NCBI GenBank assembly: GCA_046758705.1
Contig: JBHIAT010000063.1
Location: 1-18,423, forward strand
Length of the DNA: 18,423 nucleotides
DNA from: Candidatus Bipolaricaulia bacterium
Lineage (GTDB): Bacteria > Bipolaricaulota > Bipolaricaulia > JBHIAT01
Direction of reading: 5' to 3'
Part shown: positions 6,609 through 14,064 of the stretch, in pieces
Layout of the letters: each line of letters opens with the position of its first letter
How positions within the stretch are numbered: the stretch's first letter is position 1
Notes under the pieces: model-generated
The model's database searches: none
The model's input: the letters and a program-made list of their open reading frames with translations, nothing else
What the model was told of the DNA's origin: nothing
Translations under genes and position numbers: made by a program

Positions 6609-7634
6609 TTAGCGTAGTGCCCCCAGCAGGCTGTTCGCCATCGCCTCCGCGTTGATGTACCTCAGGGCAAAGTAGCCGATGGGGATCGCGAACGCGATGT
6701 GCGCGATGAACGGGACGATCGGGAAGACCCGCCAGGGAAACTGGATCATCCGCATCATCGGCGGCATAGCGATCATCATCACCGCCCAGACGAAGATCCC
6801 CCAGGCGATCGCAAGTCCCCAGGACCCCTGGCCAACGAGCAGCGTGTAGGGGATGCCCAAGGAGATCCCGCCGATGAAGAAGTGCCAGACGTACCCCCGA
6901 AAGGCCGCGTGGAACAGGGAGACCCTTTCCTCCTGAAGCGTCCTCGAGTAGACCTCCTCTTCCATCATCTCCCGAAACATTGCCATCGGGATCCGGGGCA
7001 TTCCGCGCGGCTGTCCGTAGAAGCCCGGAGTGCCGTCCCCTATTGTGACCTCATCCATCGTGCGCATGATCGTCCGACGTGCTTCGCTCGGCATCTCAGA
7101 GAGAATCTCTACCTGGGTCCCGACCACCAACTTCCGTTGGTCCTTTGCCAACCTCTCTAGCCCTCGGCGCATGGCGCCGATGACCATGATCCGCTGGGCC
7201 TCGGGCATCTTTGCGATCGCTGACAGCCGCTCGGTCATCATCCTCCGCCTCTGAGCTTCGGGCATCTTGGCCAGTCTGGCCACCAGCGCCCCGATCATAT
7301 TCCGCTGGAGCTTGGGGCCGAGTCCCAAGGCGATCGCCCCGAACATGCGAGGCATGTCCATGGGAAACAGCTTGAATCGGACACCGATCAACCGGACGAT
7401 GTCCAGGGCCACCGTCCCCAGTATCCCGCCGACGGTCCCCCAGATGATGAGCGTGCATAAGGGTTCCCTAGCCAAAACCCCATAGATCGTGATCCCGGCC
7501 AGCACGATCAGGGATGGGGCCCCTACGACCTTGAACAGTTTGGGCGCCGGATAGCCCACAATCCGGTCGATGATCAGGATGCCCACCGGCGAAGCTGTAA
7601 GAACGAACGTAACCACCCACAATGGCCAGTTCAT
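6609..7634 (-). CDS. Membrane protein (341 aa) with an inserted 4 x 19-aa Met-rich helical repeat domain
   Basis: ATG 7634 with RBS AGGAGGTG and its own promoter. About 6 TM segments with His residues (WHFFIGG, AHIAF) and MMIAMPPMM. Repeats at ~7274-7047. Confidence 0.85.
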   Translation of the reverse strand: MNWPLWVVTFVLTASPVGILIIDRIVGYPAPKLFKVVGAPSLIVLAGITIYGVLAREPLCTLIIWGTVGGILGTVALDIVRLIGVRFKLFPMDMPRMFGAIALGLGPKLQRNMIGALVARLAKMPEAQRRRMMTERLSAIAKMPEAQRIMVIGAMRRGLERLAKDQRKLVVGTQVEILSEMPSEARRTIMRTMDEVTIGDGTPGFYGQPRGMPRIPMAMFREMMEEEVYSRTLQEERVSLFHAAFRGYVWHFFIGGISLGIPYTLLVGQGSWGLAIAWGIFVWAVMMIAMPPMMRMIQFPWRVFPIVPFIAHIAFAIPIGYFALRYINAEAMANSLLGALR

Positions 7635-7664
7635 AGACGGTGCACCTCCTGCCGTTTCATATCC

Positions 7665-7723
7665 CTTCCCCAGGTAGGGGATATAGGTATTAAAATTATA
7701 ACACTCCCACCTGCCGGTTTCAA
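7665..7723 (-). promoter_or_regulatory. Sigma70 promoter plus CsoR/RcnR-like operator, copy 2
   Basis: TTGAAA (7723-7718), 17 nt, TATAAT (7700-7695) with TGn. Operator TATCCCCTACCTGGGGAAG (7683-7665) lies 11 nt after the -10. Confidence 0.8.
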
Positions 7724-7737
7724 GCGGAGAGAGACCT

Positions 7738-8247
7738 TTACTCGCACTGACACTCACACAAGATCTCTTCCAGCTCCACCTTACCCGATTGTGTATCGTA
7801 GATGGCGAGACCTGCAGGCTTCCCGGCGACGTCCACGTTGCCGGGATTGACCAGGAGCGTGTCACCGACGCGCTCCTGCTTCACTCGGTGGGTATGGCCG
7901 AAGAAGACGACATCGTAGTTGCCCGTCGACGCCAGGGCGCGGGCGAAGATCGGCTTGTGAACGAAGGCGATCCGGACCCCGTTGAATGTCAGCTCTCCGA
8001 CGTCTTCATAGATGTGGATATTCTCGACGGAGTTGGCGAGGTTGAGCATCTTGAACTGATCGCCGTCGTTGTTGCCGAAGACCATGTGAAAGTTCATATT
8101 GACGGCTGTAAACTCTTCCAGCGCGCAGCAGGAGCCGATATCACCGCAGACGATCACCTCCTGGAGCCCCAACTTCTCGATGCGACGAAATACGCGCTTC
8201 AGATTGGGGAGGTGGTCGTGAATGTCCGAGATCACCGCAATTTTCAA
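7738..8247 (-). CDS. Metallophosphoesterase (YfcE/MJ0936 family)
   Basis: ISDIH, CGD, GNND, H, GHTH and NPG motifs of the calcineurin-like fold. Confidence 0.92.
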   Translation of the reverse strand: MKIAVISDIHDHLPNLKRVFRRIEKLGLQEVIVCGDIGSCCALEEFTAVNMNFHMVFGNNDGDQFKMLNLANSVENIHIYEDVGELTFNGVRIAFVHKPIFARALASTGNYDVVFFGHTHRVKQERVGDTLLVNPGNVDVAGKPAGLAIYDTQSGKVELEEILCECQCE

Positions 8248-9263
8248 CGCATTTTCACCTCCGCTTTTCCCTCGCGACTTTGGGATTTTAGCGCTTCCTG
8301 ATTGACCAGATTCGGCGGCTCCTCTCCCTTCAAGGCGGCGACCATATTCTCAGCGGCCATCACCGCCATCTTAATGCGGGTCTCCACCGAGGCGCTCCCG
8401 ATATGTGGAACCAGGACCACATGTTCCTCCAGCTTCACCAGCTCTGGATGGATCTTTGGTTCCCCCTCATAGACGTCCAAAGCTGCTCCCTTGATCTCTC
8501 CAGCCTTCAGCGCCTGAGCGAGCGCCTTCTCATCGACTACCGGACCGCGGGAGGTGTTGACCAGGATGGCATTGTTCTTCATCTTCTCAAACGCTTCCAT
8601 GTTGAACATATGTCTGGTTTTCTCAGTCAACGGGACATGGACGGTGATGAAGTCACTTCGCTCAAGCAGCTCATCGAAGCTGACATATTCAGCGTCCAGC
8701 TCCTGTTCGGCCGCTTCATTGCGCCGCTCAACATAATAGAGGATCTTCATGTCGAAGCCCCGATGACCTCGTTTAGCGACCGCGGTCCCGATACGGCCCA
8801 TCCCAATGATCCCGAGGGTTTTCCCGTAGATGTCCAGGCCGAGGTGCGGGTGCATCAGCTCCCACCCGTTGTACTTCCCGGCTCGGGTGAACCGATCGGC
8901 TTCAGGGATTCTCCTGGCAGCACTCATGAGCAGGGCAAATGCGAGATCGGCGGTCGTATCGGTAAGCACGTCAGGGGTGTTGGTTACCAGGATACCGCGC
9001 TCGGGGGCTGTATTCACATCGATGTTATCAAAACCAGCCGCAATGTTCGAGATAGCCTTCAATCTTGGACTTGCTTCCAGAATCTCGACGTCTATCCAAT
9101 CGGTGAGCAGACAGATGAGCCCATTCACATCCCGAATCTTTTCGATCAGCTCCGGCTTCGAAAGTGGAACGTCTAGCTCATTCATCTCGAAGCCGATCTC
9201 CTCGTTCTTGAGGATCTCCAACGCCTGGTTGAATATCTTCCGGGAGATATAGACCTCCTTCAT
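8244..9263 (-). CDS. gyaR: D-isomer-specific 2-hydroxyacid dehydrogenase (glyoxylate reductase / D-glycerate dehydrogenase)
   Basis: GFDNID, TNTPDVLT, GMGRIG, NTSRGPVVDE, LDVYEGEP and PHIGSA. ATG 9263 overlaps the upstream stop (ATGA). Confidence 0.88.
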   Translation of the reverse strand: MKEVYISRKIFNQALEILKNEEIGFEMNELDVPLSKPELIEKIRDVNGLICLLTDWIDVEILEASPRLKAISNIAAGFDNIDVNTAPERGILVTNTPDVLTDTTADLAFALLMSAARRIPEADRFTRAGKYNGWELMHPHLGLDIYGKTLGIIGMGRIGTAVAKRGHRGFDMKILYYVERRNEAAEQELDAEYVSFDELLERSDFITVHVPLTEKTRHMFNMEAFEKMKNNAILVNTSRGPVVDEKALAQALKAGEIKGAALDVYEGEPKIHPELVKLEEHVVLVPHIGSASVETRIKMAVMAAENMVAALKGEEPPNLVNQEALKSQSREGKAEVKMR

Positions 9264-9853
9264 CGAAGCCACACGCTCACATTTGGATTCTCATTGGCGT
9301 GACGCAACGCCGAAACGATCTGTGGGCTAGGCGCGATCGAGGAACGGCAGGCCGGTGGATCCACCTCGTGCCTCAGGCAATCCTCCAGATGGACCACCTT
9401 CGAGACGAGATCGTCCCCGACCAAATGGTAGCCAGTGCTGATGCCCATCGGCCTGACCGGTTGTGCGCTCTTCCCCTCCCAGGCGAATACCTCTCCCGTC
9501 TGGGTCACGGCGTACTTCGCCCCGATCAGGATGAAGCCGTCCCGCTTGAGCTTTCGGTATCGCTCCCTGCCCAATACATATTCTGCCAGTCGGTCGGCCT
9601 GGGCGTTTAACCGCTGCTGGTTGGAACGCCAGACCACCTGTTTCTCTCTATGTCGCCGTAAGGCGATCCAACGAATTGCGGTGAGGAACAGGGCCGTGCC
9701 GCTCAGCAGGAGCAACAGATACACCGTCCAGCTCCAGGACGAGATCTCGGGGAAGATCCAGATGGCGACGAACAGCCCGACTGCCAGAAAGCCCAACAGT
9801 CTCTGTCCGATGGCCAGCATCGGGTCCAGCCCACCTAACCACAGAGCGATCAC
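9260..9853 (-). CDS. Uncharacterised 2-TM protein with a soluble C-terminal domain
   Basis: Two N-terminal TM helices, a charged helix and an alpha/beta domain (GDDLVSKVVHLED..ALRHAN). Overlaps both neighbours by 4 nt. Confidence 0.7.
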   Translation of the reverse strand: MIALWLGGLDPMLAIGQRLLGFLAVGLFVAIWIFPEISSWSWTVYLLLLLSGTALFLTAIRWIALRRHREKQVVWRSNQQRLNAQADRLAEYVLGRERYRKLKRDGFILIGAKYAVTQTGEVFAWEGKSAQPVRPMGISTGYHLVGDDLVSKVVHLEDCLRHEVDPPACRSSIAPSPQIVSALRHANENPNVSVWLR

Positions 9854-10047
9854 CCTCCTTGGATCTGGCGGAGGATCAGCACCTCATCCTCCGCCTCTAC
9901 CTCGTCGATGCCGGCGCGCTGATAGCCGGAGGCCGTCCGCTTGAACAGGGTTTCGACCTGTTCTTGAAACGATCCCTCCAGCTTTTCCTTCGTCATCAGT
10001 TTGGTCGTATGTCCCTCGGTGTTGCTGGGACGGTAGACTTTGACCAT
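9850..10047 (-). CDS. 65-aa putative ubiquitin-like/beta-grasp protein ending in Gly-Gly
   Basis: ATG 10047 after GAGGTGG. C-terminus EDEVLILRQIQGG-stop resembles the ThiS/MoaD/Ubl terminal strand (D.v.i....GG). Confidence 0.6.
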   Translation of the reverse strand: MVKVYRPSNTEGHTTKLMTKEKLEGSFQEQVETLFKRTASGYQRAGIDEVEAEDEVLILRQIQGG

Positions 10048-10083
10048 CGAGACCACCTCTTTCTGGTTTTGCTTCAGATCAGA

Positions 10084-10560
10084 TCAGCGCCAGAACTGCC
10101 ACCAGTGCCTGCGTCTTTGCCTCTGTATTTCTGGCCTTGGACGGCTTGCGGCCATCGCCGGCTCTTTCATCCCCGACTCCATCATCGCCATCATCCCCTG
10201 GACCATCTTCTTGGCCCCCTCCGACAGGTTGGGCATCAGCGCCTGGATGAGCCCCATCTCCTTCATCCGCATCGCCTCGGGCATCTCGCCCATGAGCGCC
10301 ATGTGTGTTCCCATGAGCGTCTGACTCTTCTCCTCCGGGAATCCGGCCAGGATCTCAAGCCGGGTCTTGATCAGCTTCTTCATGTCCGCATCGGGGAGCT
10401 CACCGACGGCCATCATCATCTGCTTCATGGCCCCCTTCCGCTTCACCTCCGGCATCTCGTAGAAGATCTCGAGCCGGTCCTGCATCATCGCCTTCCGCTT
10501 CTGCTCGTTCATCTTGGCCAGCATCTCCACCATCTCCCGCATGGGGTTTTCTACCGCCAT
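10084..10560 (-). CDS. Soluble Met-rich protein of 6 x 19-aa helical repeats with a WWQFWR tail
   Basis: RBS AGGAGGTGA. 28 Met in 158 aa and no Cys. Exact 19-residue period; amphipathic C-terminal tail. Confidence 0.85.
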   Translation of the reverse strand: MAVENPMREMVEMLAKMNEQKRKAMMQDRLEIFYEMPEVKRKGAMKQMMMAVGELPDADMKKLIKTRLEILAGFPEEKSQTLMGTHMALMGEMPEAMRMKEMGLIQALMPNLSEGAKKMVQGMMAMMESGMKEPAMAASRPRPEIQRQRRRHWWQFWR

Positions 10561-10590
10561 TGAAGATCACCTCCTGATTGATTCTCCCAT

Positions 10591-11811
10591 CTACCCAAAC
10601 ATCGCCTCATCCATCGCCCGCATCAACGCCCGGCGTTCCTGTGAGGGCAGCTCAGCCATCACCTCGGTCCGGGCCTTCACCATCCGTTCCCGCCGTTCCT
10701 GATCCAGTCGGTTCAGGCCGTCGATCATCGCGCTCACCCGCGCCACCCGCGATCGCTCCGGGGCGGCGGCCATCGCGCCCATCATTCGACGCATCATCCC
10801 GTTGCGCTCGGCCTCCGGCATATCGGCCAGCAGGCCGATCATGATCCGGATCGTCGCCCGGAACTCGTTTCGCAACGCGGAGATCCGGACCGGCAGGATC
10901 AAGGCGACGCCGGCAACGACCAGCACCAGTCCGATGGCAAACCCACGCGGGTTCGTCGCAGGATGGGGAACCATGAACCTCCCCATGAACAGAGTGATAT
11001 AGCCGTAGATCAACGAGAGCGTGCCGGCCCACAGCCAGAGTTGCTTGATTACCATCTCGCCGGTCGTCTCGGCTCCCTCCTCCAGCCTGCGCTTGTAAAG
11101 CTCTCGGCCCAGCAGGATCAGGTAGGCGAGGACGATGAGGACGACGGCAACCGGGGCGCGTTCACCTTTGGGAAGCAGGTCGACGAACGGGACCCTCCCC
11201 ATAAACGCGTTCAAAAACCCGTACATCAGGATGAGCAAACCGACAAACAGCAGGGTGCCCCGAAAGACCGCGAACCCCACGTCGGTCCCGCCCTCGCCCA
11301 GGAACCGCCGGCGTCGTCCCAAGAGCATCTTGACCATCCCCCAGACCGGGATGATGGTGATGATCCCCCAGAAGGCGAGGACGAAGCCCCACCAGCTCCA
11401 CACCGGCAGCCGATACTCCGGTTGGAACATCAACATCAGCCCCAGACCGGTCAGGATCGTTCCCTTGACGTAGTTGACCCCGCCGGGCAGGATCAGATCC
11501 GGACGGAACGGCATCCCAGGTCTCAGCTCCAATCCCGGGACGTACTCCCCTTGAGTGTCCTTCAGGCCGAGCCAGGCGGCCGAAGCCCAGAAGCCGACGA
11601 GCCCGAGTAATAGCAGCGACGTCTTGGCCTCCAGTGACAGAGGCGCACGCAGGATGACGGCGATGAAGATGAACAGAGGCATGAAGATGACCCCGCCCAT
11701 GAACAGAGGTGGCTTGTAGTCGGTGTAGCGCCGGAGCCCGGCCGCCGGAAAGAGCATGATCGTCATCACCGTCGAGATCAACCCGATCCCGATGATGGGG
11801 GCGGCGCTCAT
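10591..11811 (-). CDS. ~10-TM membrane protein (406 aa) with a C-terminal 4 x 19-aa Met-rich repeat domain
   Basis: ATG 11811 with RBS AAGGAG, overlapping the upstream stop. Internal duplication GLLILMYGFLNAFMGR / GTLSLIYGYITLFMGR. Repeats at ~10830-10603. Confidence 0.85.
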   Translation of the reverse strand: MSAAPIIGIGLISTVMTIMLFPAAGLRRYTDYKPPLFMGGVIFMPLFIFIAVILRAPLSLEAKTSLLLLGLVGFWASAAWLGLKDTQGEYVPGLELRPGMPFRPDLILPGGVNYVKGTILTGLGLMLMFQPEYRLPVWSWWGFVLAFWGIITIIPVWGMVKMLLGRRRRFLGEGGTDVGFAVFRGTLLFVGLLILMYGFLNAFMGRVPFVDLLPKGERAPVAVVLIVLAYLILLGRELYKRRLEEGAETTGEMVIKQLWLWAGTLSLIYGYITLFMGRFMVPHPATNPRGFAIGLVLVVAGVALILPVRISALRNEFRATIRIMIGLLADMPEAERNGMMRRMMGAMAAAPERSRVARVSAMIDGLNRLDQERRERMVKARTEVMAELPSQERRALMRAMDEAMFG

Positions 11812-12011
11812 CGCGATCTCCTTGATTGCCGATACTTCACCACCGCTGCCAGGGTGACGGCCGCCGGCAGGGCGTAGGCGACCAAAGCCCCGCCGGCCAG
11901 CTGTCCATCCTCCAGCAGCGCGGTCATCCCCACCCACCAGCCGAGGAAGATCCCATAGACGGCGATCCAGGCGAGCAGCAGCTTTGCCACTGTCTGCCTA
12001 CTGGTTCTCAT
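11808..12011 (-). CDS. Small 2-TM membrane protein
   Basis: 67 aa with two hydrophobic helices; 4-nt overlaps with both neighbours. Confidence 0.7.
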   Translation of the reverse strand: MRTSRQTVAKLLLAWIAVYGIFLGWWVGMTALLEDGQLAGGALVAYALPAAVTLAAVVKYRQSRRSR

Positions 12012-12187
12012 GTGACAGCCCCTCCCTGCGCGCTCTCCTTAGCTTTGCTCGCAGCAGGTCCAACCGCCGCTTCCTCTTCCTGAAGTTCGGGCTCTTTTAC
12101 CCGTTCTTTCTTCCGAGGATCTTGCTCTCGCTCTTCGATGACTTCCAACGTCTCAGGGGCGAAAGGCATGCTGCAGCAGCCACACAT
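12008..12187 (-). CDS. Small protein with N-terminal CGCC motif and a charged, likely disordered tail
   Basis: RBS GGAGGGTGA before ATG 12187; MCGCCSMPF followed by E/K-rich sequence. Confidence 0.7.
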   Translation of the reverse strand: MCGCCSMPFAPETLEVIEEREQDPRKKERVKEPELQEEEAAVGPAASKAKESAQGGAVT

Positions 12188-12212
12188 GGTCAATCACCCT
12201 CCTTTCTATCTG

Positions 12213-12446
12213 CTATTCCTCCTCTGCCCGCTCAGCGGTGTAGTATGCAGAGAAGACTCGATTCTTTAAGATCCGCTCTTCATCGGTGACCTCAGCATCG
12301 AACGTCACCTCACCGGTTCCGTTCCCGTAATCGATCTCCGCCTTCACCACACCCTCGTCCTTCTCCAAGAACCGGGTGATGGTATCGGCGCACCCCTGAC
12401 AGGTCATCCCGGTGATCTTCAGCTTTGCCTTTTGTTGAGTTGTCAT
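12213..12446 (-). CDS. copZ: Heavy-metal-associated (HMA) domain chaperone, CopZ/MerP-like, cytoplasmic
   Basis: ITGMTCQGCA motif, 77 aa, no signal peptide, RBS GAGGTGA. Confidence 0.88.
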   Translation of the reverse strand: MTTQQKAKLKITGMTCQGCADTITRFLEKDEGVVKAEIDYGNGTGEVTFDAEVTDEERILKNRVFSAYYTAERAEEE

Positions 12447-12479
12447 CGTTACTCACCTCAGATGTAGAGATTGACAAGA

Positions 12480-12773
12480 TTACGGACGCCGAAACTGTCG
12501 CTTCCTCTCAGGAAGTGGTTTGATTTTAGTGCTGGATCGGGCCCGGATCTTCCAGCGCCAGCGTCTGAATCCCAGCCATCCCCCCACAGCGACGAGCACG
12601 ACCCCCAACCCGATGAGGTAGGGACTGGCAGCCGACAGGCCGGCGAGGATCGAAACTCCGCCCGTCGCCAGAATCCCCACCAGCAAGGGTATCCCCAGGC
12701 AGCAGGCCGGGAGGATCAACAGCCACAGGAATCTCCGGCTCCCGGATCGCCGGTTCGGATTGCTATGGTGCAT
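12480..12773 (-). CDS. Small membrane protein with an intramembrane CC pair (MerF/MerT-like)
   Basis: LLILPACCLGIPLL followed by a second TM. RBS AGGAGGTGA. Directly follows merA once the IS is removed. Confidence 0.6.
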   Translation of the reverse strand: MHHSNPNRRSGSRRFLWLLILPACCLGIPLLVGILATGGVSILAGLSAASPYLIGLGVVLVAVGGWLGFRRWRWKIRARSSTKIKPLPERKRQFRRP

Positions 12774-12857
12774 GGCTCACCTCCTGATTGCGCTCACGCT
12801 ACAGAAAAACACGGCAGAGGGCACCCGGATTCATCCGGGGGGTGAATGCCGCCGCTC

Positions 12858-12886
12858 TTGACAAACCTTCCCTAATCATGTATATC
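12858..12886 (+). promoter_or_regulatory. tnpB promoter (probably leaderless transcript)
   Basis: TTGACA (12858-12863), 17 nt, TATATC (12881-12886). GTG at 12893 lies at the expected +1 and has no RBS. Confidence 0.55.
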
Positions 12887-12892
12887 AGAGAT

Positions 12893-14011
12893 GTGAAAAC
12901 TTTTGAGTATCGCCTGTACCCAACCAAGAGCCAGCGTGCCTTGCTGATGGCCTGCCTCAAAGAATCCAGGAAGCTATACAACGAGATGCTGGCAATGACC
13001 AAAGTGCAGTACCGCCAGACGGGTCGCTTCCTGTTCAAATATGCACTGACCAAGGCATTTAAGGGGCGTGGACAAGCTGTGCCTGCCACAACCGTCCAAT
13101 GTCTCGCTGATCGGCTTGATAAAGCACTGCACAATTTCTTGGCTCGCAAAGAGTTAGGCCAGCCAGCAGGATTCCCACGTTTCAAACCGCCGAACCGCTG
13201 GCACTCCATCCATCTCAGACAGTGGGGCAAATATCGAGATGTCTTCTTTGACGGCAAGTATCTGAAGGTCCCTAAGAAACTGGGAGGTAAACTCAAAATC
13301 AAACTGCACCGCCCGTTTGAGGGTACCCCAAAGACCTGCCATCTTGTCCTACGCGCTGACGGCCATTGGTATGCCCTCATTCCCTGTGAGATTCCAACAC
13401 CCCCCCCAGATCCCTCTAAGCCAGAGATCGGGTTGGACATGGGGCTAAAACACTTTTTGGCCGATTCAAACGGCAACACCGTGACCGCCCCCCAATGCTT
13501 TCGCAAAAGCCAAGCCAAGCTCCGAGTCAAACAACGAACGATAAGCCGGAGACCAAAGGGCAGCAACCGCCGTCGCAAAGCGGCTAAAGAGACCGCTCAC
13601 GTGCATCTGAAGATTGCGCGGCAGCGGCGGGACTGGCTGTTTAAGGTGGCCAAGCCCTATGCTGAAGATTACAGCCGCATATTCGTCGAGGACTTGAACG
13701 TGAGCGGAATGCTCAAAAACCATCATCTGGCCAAGAGCATCTCTGACGCATCGTGGAGCATGTTCCTTGAGATCCTGGCTGCCAAGGCTGGGAGTGCTGG
13801 GCATGAGGTGATCAAGGTTCCTGCACGCTTCACGACACAGAAATGCTCGGCTTGCGGTACGCTGGTTCCCAAGTCTTTGAGCGTTCGCACGCATATTTGT
13901 CCTTTCTGCGGCTTCATCGCTGACCGCGATCATAACGCCGCGCTGAACATATTAACCGCTGGGGCGCAGCGGTCAGGCGCTAACGTCGAAGAAGAGTTCG
14001 GCGTTGCCTGA
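12893..14011 (+). CDS. tnpB: RNA-guided endonuclease TnpB
   Basis: KTFEYRLYPT N-terminus, GFPRFK, RuvC-I GLDMG, RuvC-II VEDLNV, Zn ribbon CSAC..CPFC and RuvC-III DRDHNAA. The D-E-D triad is intact. Start could alternatively be ATG 12878. Confidence 0.95.
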   Translation: MKTFEYRLYPTKSQRALLMACLKESRKLYNEMLAMTKVQYRQTGRFLFKYALTKAFKGRGQAVPATTVQCLADRLDKALHNFLARKELGQPAGFPRFKPPNRWHSIHLRQWGKYRDVFFDGKYLKVPKKLGGKLKIKLHRPFEGTPKTCHLVLRADGHWYALIPCEIPTPPPDPSKPEIGLDMGLKHFLADSNGNTVTAPQCFRKSQAKLRVKQRTISRRPKGSNRRRKAAKETAHVHLKIARQRRDWLFKVAKPYAEDYSRIFVEDLNVSGMLKNHHLAKSISDASWSMFLEILAAKAGSAGHEVIKVPARFTTQKCSACGTLVPKSLSVRTHICPFCGFIADRDHNAALNILTAGAQRSGANVEEEFGVA

Positions 14012-14064
14012 GAAGCACCCCGTTTCAACGGGGTGAGTCGTCACTCTATACAACAGCTCATCTT
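13930..14064 (+). ncRNA. TnpB omegaRNA (reRNA) overlapping the tnpB 3' end; guide = flank 14045-~14064
   Basis: Stems ACCGCTG/CAGCGGT, CAGGC..AACGTCGAA/TTCGGCGTT..GCCTG and the terminal hairpin. The location is as established for TnpB systems. The 5' end is approximate. Confidence 0.7.

Larger units (their letters stand above)
12798..14044 (+). mobile_element. IS200/IS605-family tnpB-only (IS1341-type) element inserted 3' of TCAC
   Basis: Target TCAC at 12794-12797. Left hairpin CACCCGGAT-TC-ATCCGGGGGGTG (12822-12844) preceded by GAGG. Right hairpin CACCCCGT-TTCA-ACGGGGTG (14016-14035) preceded by GAAG and ending in TCAC at 14044. Excision gives merA stop, 8 nt, RBS, ATG. No tnpA. Confidence 0.9.

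Noticed and set aside
7635-7865. N-terminal extension of ORF 6609..7865
   Set aside because: It overlaps the phosphoesterase and spans a clear promoter, operator and RBS. The real start is 7634.
12788-12877. TnpB start at 12788 as in the ORF track
   Set aside because: It begins outside the element and reads through the left-end hairpin and promoter.
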